64,000 bases of DNA, from positions 42,281 through 106,280 of the forward strand of contig CAVRGS010000001.1 in NCBI GenBank assembly GCA_963720765.1, given 5' to 3'. How positions within the stretch are numbered: position 1 is the stretch's first letter; each line of letters starts with the position of its first letter. This document shows, in pieces, positions 39,856-47,676 of this stretch. This DNA comes from an uncultured Actinomycetes bacterium. Lineage in GTDB: Bacteria > Actinomycetota > Acidimicrobiia > IMCC26256 > DASPTH01. The notes below the pieces were generated by a model. That model was not told the DNA's origin, did not search any database, and saw nothing but the letters and a program-made list of their open reading frames with translations. A program made the position numbers and the translations under genes.

Positions 39856-39873
39856 GTCGTGATCGGCGACTCA
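39853..39873. terminator. bidirectional hairpin embedding both convergent stop codons
   Basis: TGAGTCG-tgatcgg-CGACTCA, a perfect 7-bp stem. TGA 39853-39855 ends the plus gene and TCA 39871-39873 is the minus gene stop. Confidence 0.35.
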
Positions 39874-40797
39874 GGTGCCCTGGCACATCCCGTTGGGAGT
39901 GGTGTTGTAGGTGCCGTCGGCGCAGCGCACGTTGACGTTCTCGTGGGAGAACACGCCCTGCGGGCTCTCCCAGCCCGGGACCACCCACGCGTGCACCATG
40001 TAGCCGGTGATCGCCATGTAGATGCCGCCGACACCGGAGCACTGCGCCTGGCTGACGTCGGCATCCGACGGGAACGGCACATCGATCCGGCGATCGGCTC
40101 CGTACTTGATGCAGACGTGGCTGTGTCGGTGCCAGTGGTCGTTGGGACCCGCGAAGCCCTCGGGCGCGCTGCCCATCGCGTAGTACATGAGGCCCACGAT
40201 CTTGGACGTGGGGCTGGTGCCGTCGTAGATGAGCGACTGTGCCGCGTTCGGGTCGAACGCGCCGCCCGTCATGGGACCACCGACGTAGTGCGCGCCGCTC
40301 CCGGGTGCGAACCCACCCGCGAGCGTGTAGCCGGCGGCGGTGGCGTCGGCGACGGTCGGGAACTGCATCGCGTGCTCGTGCGCGGCGGTGAGCTGCTGCG
40401 CGAGCAGCGCGCGTGTGGGTGCATCGAGAGGCTGGTCGGGCTGGGCTTCGGCGGCGATGTCGGTGGCCTTCACGCCGTGCACGTGCTGACCGTTGACATC
40501 GGTGGCGCCCGCACTCGACGAACCGCTCGTTGCACCGGCCGCGGTGTCGGAGGTGCCGGCAGAACCCCCGGCGGAGTCCCCGGCGGGAGTCGCCGACACC
40601 GTGGGCTGGCTCGGGTCGGTGTCGGTGAGCAGCACCAGCGACGCACCCACCGTGAACCCGAGCACCAGCACCGCCAACCAACGCGCCGCGCCCGCGGAGT
40701 GCCGCCCGGCATGCGGGCGACGGCGGCGCGGTACGCGCGAACCGCCGGACCCGCCGGACCCGGCAACTGCCGTCGGCCGATCGAGCACGCTCGTCAT
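39871..40797 (-). CDS. membrane-anchored/secreted hypothetical protein with His/Cys-rich C-terminal domain
   Basis: Start at MTSVLDRP. TM/signal anchor WLAVLVLGFTVGASLVLL, a Ser/Gly/Ala/Thr linker, then a conserved-looking domain with HEHAM, HWHRHSHVC and four Cys. Confidence 0.6.
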   Translation of the reverse strand: MTSVLDRPTAVAGSGGSGGSRVPRRRRPHAGRHSAGAARWLAVLVLGFTVGASLVLLTDTDPSQPTVSATPAGDSAGGSAGTSDTAAGATSGSSSAGATDVNGQHVHGVKATDIAAEAQPDQPLDAPTRALLAQQLTAAHEHAMQFPTVADATAAGYTLAGGFAPGSGAHYVGGPMTGGAFDPNAAQSLIYDGTSPTSKIVGLMYYAMGSAPEGFAGPNDHWHRHSHVCIKYGADRRIDVPFPSDADVSQAQCSGVGGIYMAITGYMVHAWVVPGWESPQGVFSHENVNVRCADGTYNTTPNGMCQGT

Positions 40798-40858
40798 GAC
40801 GATTCCCCCCGGACCTCGTCGATGCGCAGGTGGCGCGACGTGACCGAACGCTACTCCT

Positions 40859-41983
40859 TCAGCCGACGACCGCGCTGCGGGCCGCGACCTCCACCGCCTG
40901 CGAGTCGGGCACCGCGACCTCGGCGCCCCGGTCGTCCTGGACACCGACGATCCCCCACGTGCGGGTGGTGAAGTCGATCCAGGGGTAGAAGCCCTTGCCG
41001 CCGTTGCCGCTGACGACCTCGGTGGTGCCGTCGTTCGAGACCACGTCGGGCCAGCAACCGAGTCCGTAGCGGGGGATCCCGGTGATGGCGACGGAGGAGT
41101 CGTGGGTGGTGTCGTACCTCACCACCTGGTTGCGGATGATCTCGTCGACCGCACTCGCCGACAGGATCCGCCGGCTGTCGGCGTCGCCGTGGTGGAGCAG
41201 CATGGCGACGAACGCGCCGTAGTCGTCGACGGTCGTCGTGGCGCCGAACGCCGGGTTGGGCGCGTCGGGGGCGCCGGGCCACGACGTCGACGCCATCGCG
41301 AGCGGTCCGGTGAGCCGCTGCTGCACGACCGACGCGAAGTCGCCACCGCCGAGCACCTCGACGAGTCGGCCGACCACGAGGAACGGCGAGTTGCCGTAGG
41401 AGAACGCGCTCCCGGGGGCGAACTCGCGAGACGAGCCCGCAAGGATCTGCACGCACGCGCTCAGCGACACGCCGCCGTTCTGACATGCGTTGTCGTGCAC
41501 GCCGGACGTGTGGTCCATCAGCATGCGCGGCGTGATGGGTGGGGCGGAGCCGGCGAACTCCGGCAACCAGCGCGCGATGTCGTCGTCGAGCGCGACCACT
41601 TGATCGTCGACGAACGTCATGAACGTGGCAACGGTGAGCCATTTCGAGGTCGACGCGACGTCGAGCGGAGTCGCACCGGTCACGCCACCGACACCGTGTT
41701 CGTGAACGACGGTGCCGTCGTCGGCGGCGATGCGCAGAAATCCTCCGCTCAACCCCGCGTTGGCGACGCGCTGCTCGAGCGCGGCGTCGACCCCGACGAA
41801 CGTGTCGCCCGCGTAGGTTCGCGGCAGCGAGAAGAGGGTCGTCGTCGTGATCGAAGCGGTCGATGGTCCCGACGACGTCGACGTTCTGATCGCCGCGTCA
41901 TGGCCGTCGCTCGAGCCGCAGCTGCCGAGCCAGAGCGTGGCGGCGATCGCGACCGCGGCGAGCCGCCCGTGTCGTCCGTGCAT
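40859..41983 (-). CDS. serine hydrolase (beta-lactamase family) lipoprotein
   Basis: Lipobox-like ATLWLGSCGSS. SxxK in VASTSKWLTVATF. 374 aa. Confidence 0.75.
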   Translation of the reverse strand: MHGRHGRLAAVAIAATLWLGSCGSSDGHDAAIRTSTSSGPSTASITTTTLFSLPRTYAGDTFVGVDAALEQRVANAGLSGGFLRIAADDGTVVHEHGVGGVTGATPLDVASTSKWLTVATFMTFVDDQVVALDDDIARWLPEFAGSAPPITPRMLMDHTSGVHDNACQNGGVSLSACVQILAGSSREFAPGSAFSYGNSPFLVVGRLVEVLGGGDFASVVQQRLTGPLAMASTSWPGAPDAPNPAFGATTTVDDYGAFVAMLLHHGDADSRRILSASAVDEIIRNQVVRYDTTHDSSVAITGIPRYGLGCWPDVVSNDGTTEVVSGNGGKGFYPWIDFTTRTWGIVGVQDDRGAEVAVPDSQAVEVAARSAVVG

Positions 41984-41993
41984 CTGGATCGCT

Positions 41994-42986
41994 TTACGTG
42001 CCCCGAGGCCGCATGCCCGCGGCGACGTAGATCGCGTCGATCACGCGCATGTTCGCGATCGAGTCGGGTGGGGGAGTGAGCGTCGGTTCCCCGCGCAGCA
42101 CCGCCGCGGTGAACGCGTCGAGTTGGAACTCGTAGGTCGGCCGACGGGAGAAGCGCTCGGTGCGGGTCACGCCGTCGACCTTCACGCGCATGCGGTGCCA
42201 CATCTGTGGGTTGGTCGGGTTGATCACGTGCAACTCTCCCCGTGAACCACGGGCGCGCACGAACGTCTTCAGCACGTCGGACGACCACATCGAGCAGGTG
42301 ATGCGACCGGTGTGTCCGCTCGGGAACGCCAACTCGGCGGTCATGGCCCGGTCGACGTCGGGCGAACGCAACTTGGCTCGTGCCGAGGTGACCGTCGGTT
42401 CCTCCAGACCGAGCAACCGGGCGAGGTGGACGGTGTAGGTGCCGACATCCATGGTGGCCCCACCGCCGAGGTCGTACTGGTAGCGGATGTCGGAGAACTT
42501 CGGCAGGGGGAAGCACAGCACGGTCTCGACGTGTTCGAGAGTGCCGAGCTCACCCTGCTCGACCAGCGCGCGCATGCGATCGGCGAGCGGGTGGTACCGG
42601 TAGTGGAACGCCTCCATCACCACCAGACCGGTGCGGTCGGCGGTCGCGGCGACCTGTTCGGCTTCAGCGGTGTTGCTGGTGAACGGCTTTTCGCACAGCA
42701 CGTGCTTGCCCGCGTCGAGGGCGGCGATCGTCCACTCGGCGTGCAGACCGTTCGGGAGCGGGTTGTAGACCGCGTCGATGTCGGGATCGGCGAGGAGGTC
42801 GGCGTAGCTGTCGAACACTCGGGGGACGCCGTGCTTGCTCGCGAACGCATCGGCCCGGGCGCGATCGCGCGCCGCGATGCCGACGACCTCTGCCTCCACC
42901 GACGTGCGCGCGGGTTTGACGACGGCAGCCGGCGCGATGCGTGCCGCGCCGAGGACACCGAGACGGACCGGGCTCATCGCCCGCAC
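41994..42986 (-). CDS. Gfo/Idh/MocA family oxidoreductase
   Basis: VRLGVLGAARIAPAAV Rossmann N-terminus, and the EKPF motif in HVLCEKPFTSN. Confidence 0.85.
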   Translation of the reverse strand: MRAMSPVRLGVLGAARIAPAAVVKPARTSVEAEVVGIAARDRARADAFASKHGVPRVFDSYADLLADPDIDAVYNPLPNGLHAEWTIAALDAGKHVLCEKPFTSNTAEAEQVAATADRTGLVVMEAFHYRYHPLADRMRALVEQGELGTLEHVETVLCFPLPKFSDIRYQYDLGGGATMDVGTYTVHLARLLGLEEPTVTSARAKLRSPDVDRAMTAELAFPSGHTGRITCSMWSSDVLKTFVRARGSRGELHVINPTNPQMWHRMRVKVDGVTRTERFSRRPTYEFQLDAFTAAVLRGEPTLTPPPDSIANMRVIDAIYVAAGMRPRGT

Positions 42987-43002
42987 TGTAGGGGGAACCG
43001 GT

Positions 43003-43422
43003 TCAGGCGCTCTGCGAGACCCGTTGGTTCATGTCGCGCAGCAGACGGTAGAGGAGCGCCCGTTCGAGGTCACCGACCTCGATGAACTCCAGGCCGGCGC
43101 GCGGTGCTCCGTCGTCGACCGTCGCGTGCCGGATCTCGCCACGCACCTGGATGCTGGCGCGCCGGTTCTCGCCGAGTGGGACTTCGAGCTCGATGCGATC
43201 GCCGATCGTCACCTCGCCGGCCACGAGATGGAGCCCGGCCCCGTCCATCGAGAGGTCGGTGAGCACGCAGGTCTCGTAGTCGTCACCTGCGTAGTGCAGG
43301 TGTTCGCGTTCTTCGTTGACCACCCGATAACGGCTCTGCCAGCCCGCGGTTTGACGCTTCGCCTTGCGGCGATCTCCGAAACGAAGCTGTCCCTCTGCTC
43401 GAGCTCCACGACGCTTGAACAT
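43003..43422 (-). CDS. stand-alone PilZ domain protein (putative c-di-GMP receptor)
   Basis: RxxxR in DRRKAKRQ and DxSxxG in TDLSMDGAG, followed by a beta-rich region (IELEVPLG...IQVRGEIRHA). An alternative start is at 43467. Confidence 0.6.
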   Translation of the reverse strand: MFKRRGARAEGQLRFGDRRKAKRQTAGWQSRYRVVNEEREHLHYAGDDYETCVLTDLSMDGAGLHLVAGEVTIGDRIELEVPLGENRRASIQVRGEIRHATVDDGAPRAGLEFIEVGDLERALLYRLLRDMNQRVSQSA

Positions 43423-43514
43423 GGTGGTTCCGCCCCTTGCGCTCCGCCCGGTCTGCACGAAGGGCATCGACGGGCCTGACGACCCGCTGTAGTCAGGGTG
43501 ACCTCTGCCACGCG

Positions 43515-43548
43515 CGCATGACGCGTGACCTTGGTCACGCGTCATGCG
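43515..43548. promoter_or_regulatory. 34-bp near-perfect palindrome (16-bp arms, 2-bp centre); candidate operator
   Basis: CGCATGACGCGTGACC-tt-GGTCACGCGTCATGCG read directly. A third GTGACC half-site is at 43498-43503. No T-tract on either side, so not a canonical terminator. Confidence 0.5.
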
Positions 43549-43575
43549 TCGAGCGTCCGGCGGTCGAACCGCCCG

Positions 43576-43983
43576 TCAAGTGGCAGGAGGCGCGAAGAAC
43601 TCGAGCGCGATCCCATCGGGGTCGCGGAAGCTCACGCCCGAGCCGTACGCCGCGTCCTTGATGCGGCCACGCTCGATGCCCATCTCGTCGAGACGCGCAG
43701 CGCACTTCTCGAGCTCGACCCGGTCGGCCACGCCGAACGAGACGTGGTCGAGGCCGATGCGGAACTCGCTGAAGTTGCCGGCCGGTGCCTCGGTGCCGTG
43801 CTGATGGAGACCGATCAGCGTTCCGCCTCCGACCAGGTACACCGTGTGGTGCATGTCGGGGTCGGTGTCCTCGTCGATCATCGGCTCGGCGTCGAAGAGC
43901 GCCTCGTACCACGGGGCACTCACGGAGAGGTCGCGCACGGTCAGCGCGACGTGGCTCAGGCGGGGGAACTCACTCATGTCCAT
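43576..43983 (-). CDS. VOC family (glyoxalase-like) protein
   Basis: RLSHVALTVRDLSVSAPWYEALF...LDHVSFGV...VSFRDPDGIALEFF. Confidence 0.75.
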   Translation of the reverse strand: MDMSEFPRLSHVALTVRDLSVSAPWYEALFDAEPMIDEDTDPDMHHTVYLVGGGTLIGLHQHGTEAPAGNFSEFRIGLDHVSFGVADRVELEKCAARLDEMGIERGRIKDAAYGSGVSFRDPDGIALEFFAPPAT

Positions 43984-43988
43984 CTTCC

Positions 43989-44006
43989 TTCACTCGGAGG
44001 TTCACT
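43989..44006. promoter_or_regulatory. direct repeat TTCACT-N6-TTCACT in the VOC/AraC divergent intergenic region
   Basis: ttcactcggaggttcact read directly, in a relatively AT-rich 63-bp gap between starts 43983 (-) and 44047 (+). Confidence 0.3.
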
Positions 44007-44046
44007 ACTGTCACGCCGAGTATCCGCACGATCGGGGCGCGCGACC

Positions 44047-45054
44047 ATGACCGAGCAACCGCCCGACCTAGCCGCGACACCGCTCCTGCACGATGCGCTC
44101 GAGCAGATCCGACTGGAAGGCGCGATCTTCTTCCGCACCGAGCTCACCGAACCGTTCGCGTTCGAATCGACGCCGTCGGCCCTCGCCGACCAACTGCATC
44201 CCGGCGCCGAACGCGTGATCCTGTTCCACATCGTCGCACGTGGCTCGTGTTGGGTTGCCGGCGACGACGGCGAGCGGCACTTGGCCGAGCGGGGCGACGT
44301 GATCGTCCTCCCCTATGGCGACCACCACGTGATCGGCGGGACGTCGACCGCGGCGTGGGTGCCCATCACCGAGCTGATGCGCCCGCTGCCGTGGGACGAC
44401 CTCCCCGCGATCCGTCACGGCGGTGGGGGAGCTCGGGTCGACCTGGTCTGCGGGTACCTCGTCTCCGACGACCCGCTGTTCGATCCCGCGCTGCAGGTGT
44501 TCCCTCCGGCGTTCGTGGTGAGATTGGCCGACGGCGCCGCCAGGGGTTGGGTGCAGGCCAGCGTGACGTACGCAGCGAGCGAGAACGTGCCGTCGAACGC
44601 GAGCTCGAGCGTCGCGTCGAAGCGGCTCCCCGAACTGGTGCTCATCGAAGTGTTGCGTCACCACCTCGCGTCGGCACCCGCCGCGGACCACGGGTGGCTC
44701 GCCGCGCTGCACGATCCCGTCCTGGCGCCGGCGCTCGCGCTGCTGCACGGAGATCCCGCCCGCCGTTGGACGGTTGCCGAACTCGCGGCGGAGGTCGCCG
44801 TGTCGCGCTCCGTGCTCGACGAGCGCTTCCGCGACGTGCTCGGCCGATCGCCGATCCGGTACCTCACCGAGTGGCGCATGCACCTCGCCGAGGAGCTCCT
44901 CGACACCACCGTGCTCGGCGTGGTACCGATCGCGCGGCGGGTCGGCTACGAATCGGAAGAGGCGTTCAGTCGCGCGTTCAAACGCGCGCACGGCGAGTCA
45001 CCCGGACGGTGGCGAGCGCGTGCGCGAACCATGATCAACGAGGGGGAACGATGA
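44047..45054 (+). CDS. AraC-family transcriptional regulator with N-terminal cupin-type sensor domain
   Basis: Start at MTEQPPDL. C-terminal dual HTH WTVAELAAEVAVSRSVLDERFRDVLGRSPIRYLTEWRMHLA...IARRVGYESEEAFSRAFKRAHGESP. Confidence 0.8.
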   Translation: MTEQPPDLAATPLLHDALEQIRLEGAIFFRTELTEPFAFESTPSALADQLHPGAERVILFHIVARGSCWVAGDDGERHLAERGDVIVLPYGDHHVIGGTSTAAWVPITELMRPLPWDDLPAIRHGGGGARVDLVCGYLVSDDPLFDPALQVFPPAFVVRLADGAARGWVQASVTYAASENVPSNASSSVASKRLPELVLIEVLRHHLASAPAADHGWLAALHDPVLAPALALLHGDPARRWTVAELAAEVAVSRSVLDERFRDVLGRSPIRYLTEWRMHLAEELLDTTVLGVVPIARRVGYESEEAFSRAFKRAHGESPGRWRARARTMINEGER

Positions 45055-46016
45055 GCGGACGATTCGAGGGCAAGGCGGTGATCGTCACGGGCGCGGGCGG
45101 CGGCATCGGGCGGGAACACGCGCGGCTCTTCGCGCGCGAGGGCGCGTCGGTGCTGGTGAACGACACCGGGCGTCGCACGGGTGCCGACGCCGCGGGTGTC
45201 GTCGCCGAGATCGAGGCCGACGGTGGCACCGCGGTCGCCGACACGACGTCGGCCACCTGGGACGGTGCTGCGACGATCGTGGAGCACGCGCTGGACGCGT
45301 TCGGTCACGTCGACGTGCTGGTGAACAACGCCACCGCGGCACGCAACGCCGACCTCTGGACACTGACCGAGGACGACTGGGATCTGGCCATCGACGTGAA
45401 CCTCAAGGGGTACTTCGCCTTGATCCGTGAGTGCGCGCCGCACTTCTCCGGTCAGGGCGCAGGGGCGATCGTCAACACGAGCTCAGGGTCGGGTTTCGGG
45501 CACCCGTCGGCGGTTGCCTACGCGGCCGCGAAGGAAGGCGTCGTCGGTCTCACCCGTACGGTCGCACGCGAGCTCGGTCGGTTCGGGGTGCGCTGCAACG
45601 CCATCCGTCCGCTCGCGCTCGGGCGCTCGACCGCGGAGTACAACGAGGCCACGGCGAAGTGGTCCTCGCTCATGGCGCTCACCATGCGCCCGCGCGGCGG
45701 GCAGGCATCCCAGTTCGTGGCGGCCACGCCCGACACCCACCCTCCGGCGAAGATCGCACCGGTGGTGGTCTGGCTGTGCAGCGACGCCGCGCGCGAAGTG
45801 AACGGGCGCACCTTCCACGTGACCGGCGACCTCGTCGCGCGCTTCGCGGATTCGCAGTACGAGCGTCAGGTGGTGCTCGACGGGGGCTGGACCCTCGACG
45901 CACTCGACGAGCTCGCGCCCGTGCAACTCGTCGACGACCTCACCAACGAGTTCCTGCTCGAGGACCACCCCGAGCTGCGGGAGTGGGGCGGAGCGAGCGG
46001 GAGTGAGCGAGGATGA
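45051..46016 (+). CDS. short-chain dehydrogenase/reductase (SDR)
   Basis: ATGA overlap with the AraC gene. GKAVIVTGAGGGIG, NNA, and the YAAAK catalytic motif. Confidence 0.85.
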   Translation: MSGRFEGKAVIVTGAGGGIGREHARLFAREGASVLVNDTGRRTGADAAGVVAEIEADGGTAVADTTSATWDGAATIVEHALDAFGHVDVLVNNATAARNADLWTLTEDDWDLAIDVNLKGYFALIRECAPHFSGQGAGAIVNTSSGSGFGHPSAVAYAAAKEGVVGLTRTVARELGRFGVRCNAIRPLALGRSTAEYNEATAKWSSLMALTMRPRGGQASQFVAATPDTHPPAKIAPVVVWLCSDAAREVNGRTFHVTGDLVARFADSQYERQVVLDGGWTLDALDELAPVQLVDDLTNEFLLEDHPELREWGGASGSERG

Positions 46017-46020
46017 AGCG

Positions 46021-47046
46021 TCAGTTCGCGAGGTCGGTGAGCACCGCGCGGCCGAGGTACTGGCTCGCCTCGAGCTCGTCGAAGATCGTCCCGAGCTCCG
46101 ACATGGGACCGGTGCGCGACACGTGGCTCTTCACCTTGCCGGCGGCGGCGAGGTCGACCAGCTCGCGCATGTCCTGGACCGTGCCGACCGCGGAGAAGAT
46201 GATCGTCGGGTCCTTCATGAACAGCTCGAACGGGTTGATCTCGAGGTTGCCGTCGGCGGTGGGTGGCAGGCCCACGCCCACGAACAGCCCGTGAGGCCCG
46301 AGCAGGTCGAAGCCGAGACGGAAGCCCGCGACGCGCGCCGCGAACACGAGGCTGGCGTCGACGCCGCCGAGCTCCTCCTGCACGCGCTCGAGCGCTTCCG
46401 ACACGTCGAACGCGTAGTCGGCACCGAGTGACTTCACGAAGTCGAGCCGTTCCGCACCGACGTCGATGCCGACCACCGTGTAGCCGAACGCCTTGGCGAT
46501 CTGCACCGCGTAGTGGCCGAGCCCGCCGGCGGCGCCGAGGATCGCGACCGGGCGGTTGGGCAACACGTGGTGGTCGAGCAGCTTCTTGACCGCGCCGTAC
46601 GCGGTGAGCCCGCCGCACGCGAGCGGCGCCTCTTCGTCGCCGAGCGAGTCGGGCAGCGTGACGAGTCCCTTGGCGTACACCGGGAAGTACTCGGCGAAGG
46701 TGCCCATGATCGGCTTGTTCTGCGCGCACAGCCGCGGCCGGCCGTTGAGGCACTCACGGCACGCGCCGCACCAGTAGCCGCCGCCGGCACCACCGAGACC
46801 GAGGATCACGCGGTCGCCGACCGACACGTACGCGTCGGCGCCCGGGCCGAGCGCCTCGACGATGCCGATCGCCTCGTGGCCGAGCACGCCGCTGCCGATG
46901 CCGTACCAGTCGGCCCGGGCGAGGTGCAGGTCGGAGTGGCAGATCCCGGCGGCGCTGATGTGGATGAGCGCCTCCTCGAACCCCGGTTCGGGGACCGGGA
47001 GGTCGTGGATCTGGAGCGAGCCGTCCTCGATCCGAGCTGCTTTCAT
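46021..47046 (-). CDS. zinc-dependent alcohol dehydrogenase
   Basis: Start at MKAARIEDG. GICHSDLH, GHEAIG, structural Zn Cys cluster CGACRECLNGRPRLC, and ILGAAGGLGH. Confidence 0.85.
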   Translation of the reverse strand: MKAARIEDGSLQIHDLPVPEPGFEEALIHISAAGICHSDLHLARADWYGIGSGVLGHEAIGIVEALGPGADAYVSVGDRVILGLGGAGGGYWCGACRECLNGRPRLCAQNKPIMGTFAEYFPVYAKGLVTLPDSLGDEEAPLACGGLTAYGAVKKLLDHHVLPNRPVAILGAAGGLGHYAVQIAKAFGYTVVGIDVGAERLDFVKSLGADYAFDVSEALERVQEELGGVDASLVFAARVAGFRLGFDLLGPHGLFVGVGLPPTADGNLEINPFELFMKDPTIIFSAVGTVQDMRELVDLAAAGKVKSHVSRTGPMSELGTIFDELEASQYLGRAVLTDLAN

Positions 47047-47101
47047 GGGGTCCCCCTGGTTGCGCGTGCGGCGTGCGTGTCGGCGCCCAATCTTGCACAG
47101 C

Positions 47102-47580
47102 TCAGTCGCGGAGGGCGACCTCGACTTCGATCTCGACCGCGCCCCGCGCGGCAGCGCCGCCACGCCGACCGCCGAGCGCGAGTGGCGTCCGGCGGGCCCG
47201 AACACCTCGTACAGGAGTCCGCTGGCGCCGTCGACGACCGCGGGTTGCCGGGCGAACCGGGGGGCCGACGACACGAACCCGAGGACGGTCAGCACGCGCT
47301 CGACCCGGTCGAGGTCGCCGAGCTCGGCCCGGAGCACCGAGAGCGCGTTGAGCGCACACCAGCGGGCGGCCTCGGTGCCCTGCTCCACCGAAAGGTCATC
47401 TCCGAGGACGCCGGGGTGCACGAGCTTGCCGTCGTGGTCGCGGGGGAGCTGGCCGGACGTGCGGGCGCGGCCGCCGTGGACGACGACCGCGTCGAGTGGT
47501 TCGTGGGGCGGATAGGGCCCCGGGAGCACGAGGCCGAGGGCGTCGAGTCGGTCCTGGATGGACTGGCGGGGACTGGTCAC
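47102..47580 (-). pseudogene. RidA/YjgF-family protein with a frame change near 47136-47142
   Basis: GTG start VTSPRQSIQDRLDALGLVLP...SRSAVGVAALPRGA is in the long ORF frame. The canonical end VEIEVEVALRD-stop (47102-47104) is in the frame of ORF 47102..47359. Confidence 0.65.
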
Positions 47581-47631
47581 GGGCGGATCATGGCGCCCCT
47601 GCAACCCTTGATGCCAGCCGGTCGCGCCTGA

Positions 47632-47643
47632 TGTATACAGTAT
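47632..47643 (+). promoter_or_regulatory. AT-rich motif TGTATACAGTAT (contains the 8-bp palindrome TGTATACA) in the SBP gene leader
   Basis: Read directly, 34-45 nt upstream of ATG 47677. It matches the motif at 54559-54570 at 10 of 12 positions. Confidence 0.35.
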
Positions 47644-47676
47644 GCCGTCCTGGCGGCAGGCGCCGGGAGCGAGGGG

